Source: Parasitella parasitica NRRL 2501 (lineage: Eukaryota > Fungi > Mucoromycota). Taken from it: a stretch of DNA of 64,000 nt. The notes under the pieces were generated by a model. It had not been told where the DNA came from. It saw only the letters and a program-made list of their open reading frames with translations, and did no database searches. Every line of letters begins with the position of its first letter. Position 1 is the stretch's first letter. A program made the position numbers and the translations under genes. Positions 37,101 to 48,856 of the stretch are shown one piece after another. The DNA is taken from positions 113,627 to 177,626 of the forward strand of contig MU619246.1 in assembly GCA_025201805.1 (NCBI GenBank), in the 5' to 3' direction.

Positions 37101-37674
37101 TTTATATTTTGAATGTAAATGATGATATTTGTCATGTTCAATGTTGTTCTCAAGGACACGGTTCTTAATAAAGAAATGTCTAAATAATCCAAATAAGATG
37201 TGTGAAAGACTGCCAGTAGTTCACATCAATGGCGATAACAACAGATGTAGAGGAAGATCATCAGCAGGGAGAAACAGTAGACGAGAATCTAATACAACAC
37301 GCTCAACTGGATCTCACAAGGATGGCCCATCAGCAGATCCTCCAAAATGCGAACATCATAAACCGATGGCCCTAAAAACTGTTGTTAAGCCTGGACCAAA
37401 CAAAGGAAGAGAATTTTACAGCTGCTCAGAGAATGACCAATGCAACTCGTTTCAATGGGCAGATGAGGCGAACAGCAACAATTTTAGAAACAATACCTCT
37501 ACTGACAACAACAGTAGCAGCAATAGTAATGGAGCAGCCACGCCCTTTTGCAATTGCGGAATTCCTTCTGTTGAACGTAAAGTTCGAAAGGACAACGCGA
37601 ATAAAGGTCGTGCATTCTACTGCTGTGCAGCTGAAAAAGACAAAGCATGTGAATACTTTGCATGGGTGGACTGA
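34126..37674 (+). CDS. TOP3: DNA topoisomerase III (Top3alpha-type) with RGG tract and two GRF zinc fingers; interrupted by an LTR at 36390-37228
   Basis: MRVLCIAEKPSAAK, WTDCDREGE, SYGSCQFPTLGFVV, ISYPRTET and GIGTDAT-like motifs. GRF fingers C.H...KPGPNKGREFYSC and CNCG...NKGRAFYCC lie in 37229-37674. Confidence 0.92.
36240..36330 (+). repeat. 18-bp tandem repeat encoding (GSRGGR)n RGG tract
   Basis: GGTAGCCGTGGAGGCAGA x3 plus degenerate units. Confidence 0.85.
36390..37228 (-). mobile_element. Solo LTR (839 bp) with 5-bp target-site duplication ATGGC
   Basis: TG...CA termini; ATGGC at 36385-36389 and 37229-37233. On the minus strand a TATAAATA and a downstream AATAAA lie near the 3' end. 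Removing the element restores the TOP3 frame (NNG-DNNR). Confidence 0.85.
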
Positions 37675-37908
37675 TCATAAAAGTCTATCCGTATACCCTT
37701 CTCCTTATACAACCATATATATATATATATTATATTTCAATAAATTGTATTTGTATTTTTGCTCAAGTTGTATTATATGTCTTTTTCATTTTAGTGCTAA
37801 AGTTTTGTGCGATAAACTAATCTGTTTTTTTTTTTTTTATGGGCCATGAAATTTGAGCAAGTTGCATAGATTAATTAGAAGATGCATACACATAGGATGC
37901 GTTTTATT

Positions 37909-38399
37909 TCATTGATCGCATTGCTTACAAGAACCCTGTAGCCAGCGATTAAATACAGTCGTACAGTCAAATGAAGGTTTTCCAAGCTTCTCGTTGACCT
38001 TGTTATGCTGTTTGCATAACCACTCACTTAATTTTTTCCTGCTGCCCACTCGAATAGGTTCCTCTTTCATGTACTGCTTGAATTCGCTCTATATTGTTTT
38101 ATAAAACACATGAATCTGTAGATCGTCAATGAAGCCTCTATTTTACATACACTGAAACAAGGATAATTGTCCACAAGTGATGACATGAATAATCGCATAG
38201 ATTCCATCTGTGAGGGTGCTGGCCGATCAGGGTAGTATATTGCTGCCGTATGAAGTAATGTCCAGGCTGCTCTGCCAAGTGCTACCGAGTCCGCTGGACA
38301 GTTCTTCATGCGCCACGCATCTTTAAAAAAGTCAATTGCACGAAACTCTTGATTGTGGTATGCCAACTAACCATCATTTTTAGGCTCTGGACTTGTCAT
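37909..38399 (-). CDS. Erv1/ALR-family FAD sulfhydryl oxidase-like protein (atypical)
   Basis: CPADSVALGRAAWTLLHT..YYP, YPC, WLCKQHNKVNEKLGKPSFDC; two short introns. Confidence 0.8.
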
Positions 38400-39319
38400 G
38401 GTCGCGTGGTTTACTATTGGGAATGAAGACAAAGCAATAAACAAGAGTTATTTGGAGCTCCTCGAGTTGCGGGGGTTAGTTGAGAGGCAAGACAAGTATA
38501 ACGTTCTCAAAAGCGATTAAAAAGTAAGTGAGCATTAGAAACTATTGCAACCACCTGCAGTCATAGCAATTTCTTTCCAAAACTCCCGTCTCTCTCTCTC
38601 TCAATGTTGTTTTTGAGGTCAAAAAACAAAACAGTCTATGCTAAAACGTGCACCGCTTTTTCTTTAATTTTAAGATTTATACATTTTATTAAAGTTTAAC
38701 AGCGATGACTTCAGAGGCATCCATAGCACCGTAGCTAACGACTTGACATGAATTTATGAGACAGAATATGGTGTTATTAACACCACCTAAACATAAGAAT
38801 TTGGGTATTCCATGAATCTGCAGTACAACTCAAACAATACTTTGAAAATCTCATGAGCTTTGAGTGTAAGATGAACTTTGTTGAAAAATAAGGAACGGGT
38901 TACAACACACTTGTAAAATTAGAAGCCAAAATTAACGAAACCATCCAACATTGCCTTTCATTTATCAGCCCTTTTGGCCCCTACCTCCAAATAGTCAAAT
39001 GCCATTAATTAAAGAATAACAATAAAACACAGTACAGTGTCTGGAGCCTGGAATCTGCCAGAAGCTTATTATGAAGCTCAACTTTTGTTAGTGAAATTAC
39101 CCTCTACTTCTATTTTACTTTCTATTTGACGTGTTGGCATTAGACTCACAAAAAAAAGAGACTATTGAACTGACATTGGGCATTATTACAAGGAACAATG
39201 GTATTAGGGCTTGTCTGTCACTAGCAATTAGCAACTTGTGAATCCTTTACAAATAACGCGGGGTCATTACAGCAAAATAATGTATTCATTAATTATTCTC
39301 TGTATTACTATGAAGAAAG

Positions 39320-40070
39320 GTATACTTGTGGCATCAAATTTATTTACTTTATAGAGCTGTGTTATGTACTAGAATTGATATTGACGTGATATCATCTCCA
39401 GATAGTTATTTTTTACAGCTTAAAAGCAAGAATTTTAGCTTCGTGTGCCATTTTTTGATCGATTTCATATTCAAAGTGCCCTGGAAACACCGGAAATAGT
39501 AACCATTGGGAAAAAACTATATTGTATAGGATTTTGGTGCAGTTTGAGCATGATTTTTTTTTTCGATGCAAAATCACGGATTTTTTCGATTTTTTCCTTG
39601 TATCCACACATCCAAAATTATCAATTATGCATTATCCTCAATTTTGACCTCAAAAATGCAACTTTTTATTATGTCATATGTTAGAGGAAAATGATCGCAA
39701 AAGACCATTCCTTGATCTGAAAGACTGGAAATGCGCTCTGATTAAGCAAAATATTGACTTTTCCCTCTTGATTTGTTTTGAAGTTTTCTCAATATAATTC
39801 CTTCCATAAGCATACGAGAAATTATGAAATAATACCATGGTGTAGAGCGTCCAAAAATACAGCTATTATCATAGACTGACAGCCGTGGTATGCATAGTAT
39901 CAAAGAATTATATCTTGCCTTAAAGAAGTAATTTTATTTTCTAATTGTACAAATGGAGTTTTTGAAAGAATTTTTCTTTCCTGATTTTGGACACATTTAA
40001 TCTCCGCTATCAAAGAAAAATAGTAGCTTTTTTTGAAGAAAGCATTAGCTGTGAGAAGCCATAGCTTACC
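39320..40070. repeat. Dispersed ~750-bp repeat, copy 2
   Basis: Collinear with 8994-9745, same orientation. Confidence 0.9.
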
Positions 40071-40195
40071 CGATTCAAAAGAAGAACAATTACAGCCTAG
40101 TTTATTTAAATGGCGTGGTTTCTGGCCTTTTAATGGCAAAGGATTTCGCAAGATTGCTCACTGAGAGAGATAACGGTAGTCGTATGATCGTGGAA

Positions 40196-41000
40196 TGTAC
40201 TGGCTGTATAGCCCTGATGTGGATGGTTGAGAGAATCTAACACCAACCCTGGATTTCAACTATGCTGTGCAAACAGCTCTTTCAAGCTTAAATTTCTTAA
40301 ACTAGTGCCTCCTTTAGTTGCTTCTAACAAGATTAAATAGTGAATTTAGAGAATTCAGGAACAATATGAGATCATATAACAGTCGATTGAGTTTTGCTTC
40401 AATGGGAGTTAAGAACAAAAAACAAATCGGACTGCAAGAGAGCAAGAGAGCAAGAGATCTCGTGAGAACAAGTAGCTCGCGGTGGTTGTGTATAAATCTT
40501 TAAATTGCACGGAAATGCGTACCATTTAATGGGTAGTGATTTACCTGCGGCTGGAGAACGTCCAGCATTCTCTCAGACATACACTTATGATGCTGATTAT
40601 GAGTTGCATAATTGTTATGCTCATGCGAGGCATATTTCGAGAAATACATTGGAAAGACTACAGGCATTGATGCATGAAGATAAATTCACTTGTAGAGCAT
40701 TACAGGTACATGTCCCAAATTGCCGATGTGATAGCAGATGAGCAGCAAACCAATAAAGTGGGAATTCTGAGACTTCCCAACCTCAAGCTAATCTTTCGTG
40801 CGGATGGTACTACAGATAGAAGGAGAGATATAACAGACCAACGAGTACAGTTGAGCTTGCTGATCAACTGCAAACTTTTGCCAATTATCGTTTACGTGTT
40901 GGGATCGGTGAGGTTCCAGGATTCAGGTTTAACGGCAATGATTTTGCTCCTGCCGCTGACACCGATTATATTCCCATGTCATTGGATAGGGTGGTTCCTG
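40196..41000 (+). mobile_element. Helitron RepHel N-terminal relic (frameshifted)
   Basis: Ordered motifs CTGCIALMWMVE, FRNNMRSYNSRLSFASMG, HGNAYHLMGS..P..GERPAFSQTYTYD, RRYNRPT..ELA and PIIFP...GW. Confidence 0.8.
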
Positions 41001-41365
41001 GTACCCAAGCTACCCAAGTTACTCAACCTACTCAAGATTATGGATGGGGATTTCTGAGACTCTTCCATGTAGTAAAAACAGAGCCGAAAACAAAACAATA
41101 ATGCTCTTAGTTCAGACGGTTTCCTTACCTCCTCTTACCTTTCTTTATCTATTTTTATAACTTGTTTATTTGACCAGGCCCCAGGAAGAGAAATCTTGCG
41201 CATTTTTACCACTCTTTAGTTGTTTACATCTTTCTTCACTTTTCTTTTACCCCTTTTATTTTTTTACGCTTCGTTTGTAGATCCGTTTGTCGAATGAATG
41301 ACAAGCTTCTTGCTGCTCTATCCGACATGTTGTGACCTTTATTAAGCTGCTTTTGATGGCTCCAG

Positions 41366-41400
<35 letters not shown>

Positions 41401-41420
41401 CAAACGTTCATATAGTCAAC

Positions 41421-43648
41421 ATGTCCTCAAAGCCAACATCTGTCCGCAAGTTTCTCTTGAATGTCCCGCCACCATCCAACCAAGTGAAAGATGCGATCAT
41501 TCTTGAGGAGCTGAGCAAACTTCAAACAAAAAAACTGATCAATAAATCTTCATTGCCAAAGCCAACAACAGCGCAAATCATCCGTAGCAATGCATTGAGA
41601 GCACCAGAAAAGCGCAAATTAGCCAGCAGCAGTGGGCCTCTTTCTGAGATCAATCCAGACTCTGACCGAGTCGCAGTTCCGGTCAAGAAGTTTAAAAGGC
41701 CATCATGCGGAAATGGCACTCTAACATCTTCGTCATCGTCTGCAGCTCCATTGACACCACCAATACCAACAGCAAGCCCTACCACAATCACCACAATCAC
41801 CACAACCACAGCCACAGCCACTGAAAGTCTCGGTATTTCTAGTGACAGACATGGCTCAGATGATTCTAGCAGTAATATATCGGACAATACCAAGAACAAA
41901 ACCACAGATATCGTTGATATTCTTGCGACTATCTTCCAAACAAGAAAAAGAAGTGCATCGCCAGAGCAAGCCAAGGGAAAAAGCGCATCACCTCAATTAG
42001 CCGCGCCTTTACGACCTAGCAGCGCTTCCTCACTATTAACAGAGTCCTCTCGAATTGCTGGCCCTTTACCTGTCCAAACAAAAGGAGAGGATACTTTACC
42101 TCCATCAGTAGCAGCAACAGCAGCAACAGCAGCAGCAGAAGCAGCTCCCCAGACCACTAATATATCTCCAGTAGCACCGCTTCCAGTTGCCACTGCTTTC
42201 CTAATGCCTGATGCATTTAGCCCTACTTCTCCAATGTCGGGTCCACCCTCACCCGGATCGTCAGCTCGACCACATGTTGAAAAGCCATCTGTTAATGCTA
42301 GTCTTTATTCTAATGCTGATCTTGGTCACGATAAGGCTCTACAATTGCCAAGTCCTCCCCATTTAGTACATCCAGCTAGTGCCTCCTCAGCAATGGCGAA
42401 TCCTCCATCCAACCGCAAAAAGCTGTCAAAGAACCAACAAAAGAAGCTTAGAAAGATGAAGAAAAAAGCCGCTAATGCAACCAAGGGACATGAGGATTAC
42501 CCAATAGAGACGAAAGAAGCTGGATTTGACGATTTATTCGAGGATTATCAAAAGGCCTCAAACTCGAAGCGAAAGCCTAATCAGCAACAGGGCAACAACA
42601 GAAAGCGAAACAACAAGACATCCAATCATCCTCAGCAGCAGCAGCAGCAGCAGGTTAACAACTCCAAGCAAGCAGCCGAGGGATCTGCCAAGCTTCAAAA
42701 CACCACATATCATAAGCGGGCTAACGGCAAACCCAATGTGCAATCGTTGAAGCAGGAAAATGGCTCTACAGTTAACAGCGCCCAAAATCAAACACCAATC
42801 CTACCTATCGACAACTGCGCTTCTTCTTTGGTTGGTAATAAACGTTCGATTGAGGACATTTCAAGAGAAAGTAAGTAGCTTTATAGCCGCTTAGGTGCAA
42901 CTGACCAACAATTGTATTGTAGTAATAGGCGCTCCTAACCCTATCAAGATCAATGCCAATCAGCCAAACAAACGTCAAAAGACCAAGAAGCCGTTTGTTC
43001 CTCTCGTGACATGCCGATTCTTTGCTAATGGTTACTGTAAAGATGTGAGTATACGGTTATATATGTTGCCAATGCACACTAATTGACAAGTTGCGTTTTC
43101 AGGGCGACGCTTGCACATTCAAACACGACATGGCTGATGTTGTAGCTCGACCAAACCCCAAAAAGAACATTGTATGCGAGTTTTTCAAAACAGGCTCTTG
43201 CTGCAAATTCGATGCCTGCGACTATTCACATGTAAGCAATCTGGAGGCCTGGCAGCATGCACTTTTGTATATCTAACATTGTCATTTCGACTTGTAGGAT
43301 TTGAAGCTGGAACCTTGCAAATTCTTTCACCTAAACAACAATTGTCGTAATGATGACTGTCCGTACTCTCACTCGCCGCTCAATCAGGACATGTTGGCAA
43401 AGCTGACCAGCCTGACTGGCCCTTGTTATTTTTATCACTTGAAGGGCGTATGCAACGAAGGCGATGTCTGCCACTTTTCGCACGAGCCTATCACTGATGA
43501 GCAAATGCGCGATCTAGAAAAGATTGTTCGACCTTGTAAATTCTTTCATTTGGAGGGTCAATGCGTAAAAGACGGATGTTACTTTTCTCATGAAGACGCA
43601 GATCCCAAATTGGTGGCCCAGTTGAAAGAGCAATCTAGAAAACAATAG
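41421..43648 (+). CDS. Five-CCCH zinc finger protein (ZC3H4/6/8-like) with long disordered N-terminus
   Basis: Five C-x7/8-C-x4/5-C-x3-H fingers in exons 42921-43648, e.g. KLEPCKFFHLNNNCRNDDCPYSHSPL. Confidence 0.8.
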
Positions 43649-43924
43649 TGAATAATATTAAATAAACGGCTGAAAGCCACTCTCTCGAGCGCTACAAGTT
43701 GAAAGTCTTTTGTCTGCGAATAGAAGATACAATGCCATGTCCTTTGGCAATAGGCACAACCTCATGTAACAATCCTTCAGCTATCATACTTGCAATACAA
43801 CCAACAAGACTACCAGAAATTTATAGAAAGAAAAAACCAATTACTAATGATTTGTTTGCATTGTATTTTTTTTTTTTTTTTCTTTCAACAATTGAGAAAA
43901 CAATATATTCGAACGCTAGAAAAT

Positions 43925-44599
43925 TTACTCGCGGTTACCACGACCTACGTATCAAAATGCATCAGTGTGCGTTGCTCAGACGAAATCAATAGAGATCAAT
44001 CAACTTACCAAGACCGCCACGGAACTCGGGCTTAAAGTCACCACCAGCACCTTCCTTGCGACGATAATCGCCACGGTCAGTACGGGGACCACGGTTTTCA
44101 CGACCCTCACCACCGACTAGATTTGAATTGTTAAGACTGGTTAACCCATGATCAACATGACAATACACTTACAAGCACGACGGGGAGCAGCAGGACGAGC
44201 AGTCTTCTTCAAGGTAGCGGGAACAATTTCTTGAGGCAAGTGAAGGACTACATGGAAACCCGATTAGCTTGTCACTCAATCCTAGCACACGGTTAATACA
44301 TTACATTCACGGAGGTAGTCAATACCCTCGTCAGTGAGGGTATAGTAGTACCATTGCCAAGAGAACTGGGTCTTGACGAGACCCTTGGAAGTCAAAGACT
44401 GCATGAGCTTGATAACTTCGAGGTTAGGGACATCAATATCAGCGTGCTTGGGGAGGTTGTAATCCTTGGGGGCGACAAGGGCACCGTCTATTGTACGTCT
44501 TCAGTCATCTGTTTCCCTGTTATGCTCTTACTCATTCTACAGCTTACCCTTGAAAAGAGCCGAGTAGACAGCCTTTCTGTTCTCCTTGGAAATAAGCAT
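43925..44599 (-). CDS. RPS10: 40S ribosomal protein S10 (eS10), multi-exon, with a 448-nt 5'UTR intron (44608-45055)
   Basis: [63 protein letters not shown] and [19 protein letters not shown]. Confidence 0.95.
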
Positions 44600-45313
44600 G
44601 TTGGGTTCTATGGCATGGAAACAGATTAGTATCAGCCTATCTATTGCTTGATTGCATCCATATTCGGCATCCTCCTCAGAGTCATGTCCTGTGTCCGTCC
44701 TCAAAGTCATCATCTATTGTCTGTCCTTGACTCTTTTCCGACAGTATTTTTGATTCTTCATCTTTTGCATGGCCTTGTGCGTCTGACTTATCGATGAAGC
44801 TCTGATGATAAAAGAGCTGCTGGCTGCTGGATTCCACTAGAAGGACGAATGGACGGATGGATGGAAGGATAATAGAATCGTCTGGATGCATGTCTGTCGT
44901 GGATATTCTCAATTCACGCAAATGATAATCTCTTTCAGCCAGCTCTTTTTTTTTTTTTTTCTTTTTTTTTTGTGTGTTGATTCGTAATGTGGATTGTAGT
45001 CTCTTTGGATGGATGGATGGATGGATGGATGCAATCAGGTATCGTTGGAACTTACCGATGCGGGGAAAGAAGGAATTATAGACTTGAGCACTTGGTTTGG
45101 CTTGAAATGGTCCTTTACCTCAAGAACTTCCGCCTGTTGGGTGTTTCACAGTCCGCGTTATTCACCATAATGGTATCATACCGCACTGCCAATGCTCTAC
45201 AATTTCTTGCATCGTTTGAAGTATTTTATGATTTACCAACCGGCATGTCAAACAAAAATTATCAAGGGTGCCATTAGACTCGGTTTTTATATTTTATTGT
45301 ATATGTTTATTTT

Positions 45314-46744
45314 TTAAGAGTTTGGATAAAACTTGATGCCACAACCACCGATTGCAGTAGTCAGAAGGAGCTCTTTTGCTGCTTTCACTTTCTTGCGCTT
45401 CGTCCATTGAGGGACGGTGGCTCTTCCCTTACCTTTTCCTTCGTACTGCTCTTCAATTTCAGAATACTCATATTCTGAATCAGAATCAAGAGCCCCATTG
45501 TATACCGAGGTCTTGATCGGATATATTGGTGGTTTCGAAGGACCTCCTGGATCACGGAAAGGAACAGGACAACAAGTCGAATAATGGCCAAAGCTATTAT
45601 TTGCGAAAGTGGCTACGAAAGTTGAATTGGCTTCTGGGATATTACTAGAGACTTTTCCTGTAGAATTGCAGTTTTTGGGCGAAATTGGAGAAGTTACAGG
45701 AGCAGGCTTGGCTGGTTGAACAGACAAATCATCTTTGGGAGCAGCGTTATCCATGGAAGAAGCTGCGAGGGTTGATTCGACTGTAAAAGCGTCTCGTTTG
45801 AGAGTGCAAATTTTGACTGGTGTTGGAGGACCTGGGTCAGCATTAGAAGAGACATTTCCTGAGAAAGTATTGTCCATAGGAGGAGAGCTGGAGAGTCTAG
45901 CGTAAGAAGGCTCATTTTCAGAGATAGAGATATCGGCAGGCAAGATCAAAGAGCTTTTTGATGATCCCACGTCAGATGTCGTAGTTGATCCCTTGAGTCT
46001 TTGTATCAAAGCTTGGAGAGTTTTGGCATTCCCTTCTTTAGCAATCCGAACACCTCTAATCCCCTCAATCAGCTCATTTTGTGAAGCAACAAACTGCTCT
46101 GTGACGGTACCAGGAGCACGACCATTATTATCAGGAGCTTCATTATCTATAGAGACGTAGTTTTTGGTAAGATGATTAATCATCCCTTGATATGTTGTGA
46201 GAATTGTTCGAAAATCGTCTTTGGCTCGATTTAGATTGTTGAAAGAGTTTTCGTATGCTGCATAGGTGGTTGCCTTCTGAGTTGATTTAGATGGTTGTCT
46301 TTTATAGTTGGCTGGCAAGTGTTTTCGATGGTGAGCATAAATGAAATTAGAAGAATAGCCCTTTTCGTCAATGTTAATATGATTCCTACTGCTGCTATTT
46401 CCATCATTTCCGCCTCTGCTGTTGTTGTTGTTGTTGTTGTTGTCATCGTTACTTGAATCAATATCGGAACCATCGTCCAAAAAGAAGTTTCTAATGTAAG
46501 GGTAATAATTGATGGCCATCATTTGAACAGAGCGATAATTAAAGAGAACAATGGCAAGAACACAAAACCCCAGGATTACTTCAAGTCCAAGTAGGTTGGA
46601 TTGTTTGTAGTCAAAAGGGCCCTTCAAACCCAAGTTGTCATCGACCGTAAGATTTCCTATCCAAGAATCATTTGAAAGGGAAATTTTCTTGAAAAATGAG
46701 GGCACTACCGAGACAAGCAAATTAGGCTGGCAGTGGTTCACCAC
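45314..46744 (-). CDS. Hypothetical protein (long intronless ORF, one predicted TM, low-complexity); true start uncertain
   Basis: 476-codon open frame; hydrophobic stretch LLGLEVILGFCVLAIVLF; first ATG only at ~46521. Confidence 0.55.
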   Translation of the reverse strand: MVNHCQPNLLVSVVPSFFKKISLSNDSWIGNLTVDDNLGLKGPFDYKQSNLLGLEVILGFCVLAIVLFNYRSVQMMAINYYPYIRNFFLDDGSDIDSSNDDNNNNNNNSRGGNDGNSSSRNHINIDEKGYSSNFIYAHHRKHLPANYKRQPSKSTQKATTYAAYENSFNNLNRAKDDFRTILTTYQGMINHLTKNYVSIDNEAPDNNGRAPGTVTEQFVASQNELIEGIRGVRIAKEGNAKTLQALIQRLKGSTTTSDVGSSKSSLILPADISISENEPSYARLSSSPPMDNTFSGNVSSNADPGPPTPVKICTLKRDAFTVESTLAASSMDNAAPKDDLSVQPAKPAPVTSPISPKNCNSTGKVSSNIPEANSTFVATFANNSFGHYSTCCPVPFRDPGGPSKPPIYPIKTSVYNGALDSDSEYEYSEIEEQYEGKGKGRATVPQWTKRKKVKAAKELLLTTAIGGCGIKFYPNS

Positions 46745-48856
46745 TATTGATGAATATGCGCTATTAGTATGCTTTCTTGCCTGACTGAAAAAAAAAAAAA
46801 AAAAAATTGAGGATAATTACATTGGTAAGTGTTCAGCTGATAGAAGATTGCCTGGTAAAAGTTGTCGGACATAGCCTCAATGTATAAAGTCTCAGGAACA
46901 GACACTGTTGAAAGAAGTTTCAAGTCGTGACACAATTGAAAAACTACATCTAATGTTAGTATGTGCTGGTTTCACGCATACAACGAATAAAGCTTACAGA
47001 GCTTCCTGGGTCCAAATAAAAAATACAATGCTGAAATGCTCAAGACACCAACTGATGCGTGCAAGGTGCTCATCATGGTTTTATCTTGGAAAGACGGGGG
47101 GAAAAAAAATTAGGCTTGTATTGGCAATTACTTCACTCTCTTTATATAAGAAAAAAAAACTGCGTTGTTGATTGTAGTCATTGTTGTGCTTGATTATTGT
47201 CTTAGAAATAAAAAATTAATATACTAAAAAATAAAAGAAAAGTTAATGAAGCCTTTGAAATGTTTTTTATGTACACTTGATATAACCGTAATATTCGATA
47301 TGAGAGATTGCAATATGCCAAACATTTCTAAATTGAATAATAACTAGGTTGCAAACAAGTAAACCTACACTCTTGTGTACTTTTTAATTACTTTACTCAC
47401 TAAATTACAAATACATACAAGTGGCTCATTCATTGCTCATTAAATATTTGTTTGGCATATATTTCATCTACAGGATCCGCGTTTCTAGAAAAATACAAAA
47501 ATAATCAAGCATTTCTATAAAGTTTGCCAAAGGAGAAAATAAGACGACTTGAAACAAATATTAAACTTTTTAAAGACGACAGTAGGCAACTTAAAAAAGT
47601 TGCCAGCACTCCTTATTATACCTTAATATTGCACTTTCACTGAATTGGTAAAGGCCTGCACTCTCTAGTTGAATCTCTCCGCAATTATCATACATGGTAA
47701 CATTAGTTGATCCTATCATGAAAAGATGTAAAGGGATACACAGTATTCGTATGGTAAATGCATATTTATTAAGAGAGATCACAATTTGATGGTCCATTTC
47801 TCAACATTTGCTGCATAAGATACGTTTTGTGTGAGGAACATCATTTAAAAGTGAAGGAAGACTTTGCATGGAAGATTTTTTATTCTGAATTGTGCATTTT
47901 ACATGTGCGGTATTCTGGATTCAGTTCGAATGTCAACAATAGATGTTTCTTGTAATTCAGAGGCCCATACAGCATAGATATTCCATAAAGTGGATAATAA
48001 AGGCTATGTATTTCTATTTGCAAAATTAAAAATTGTAAATTTGGGATAGATTGTCTAAATAAAGTACCTTTAGTGTTAGTTATTTTGTTCATTTGAAACC
48101 ATTAGTTCCGCAGAAGCAGATTACCACTAGTTGGACATGTGAGTTTTTTCAATCAAGGCTTTGAGTTTCTTTATGGTATGGACGTAAAGATTATATTATT
48201 TTGTAGTGTTCAAGGGTTAAAAAAAATTGTTCTGGATGTATTCGACGAACACTTTGGATCTACATAAACTACAAAAATGTAGTTTTGTGATGGCGAAAAA
48301 GAACATATTAGGGTTGCCGAATTAACGTTATCTGTTTTTGGAAGCTCAGGGCGTTTTTTATAGCCCACTTGATTAATTAATTGCTTGCGCACGAATAATG
48401 CACAAATATGTATAGCAATCCTTGATTTATTAAAACGCGAATACATATTTACAAGGCTCGTTTTATATAAAACTAAGCGAATAGTATGCTTACATTACAA
48501 AAATTCATGTTGCTCACAAAACAGATGTCAATAATGATATATTGTATAACTGTGACCAAGGTAAATTGAAGCTTTGAGCAGGAGCGAGAGACGTCATGAA
48601 TTAAGTGGTTAGATTCTACATTTAATGGAAAATGCATTCATGCTGTATGATTTTCTGCAACATGTGAATTCTTCTTTTGTTAATTCCTACAGTGAAACGT
48701 GGTAGTATGTAAATGTTATCTACAAACTGTGAACCAATAACACAAAATAGAGTTAATACCGTAATAATAATTAAAGTAGCATAAATTCTCACCCAACATG
48801 CAGCATTTAATTTCCCTTCTTTTCTTTCACTCCTTTCCAACTTAAAGCCTGTCATC

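Noticed and set aside
36703-37192. ORFs of 120-123 aa within the insertion
   Set aside because: No gag/pol motifs; consistent with chance ORFs in an LTR
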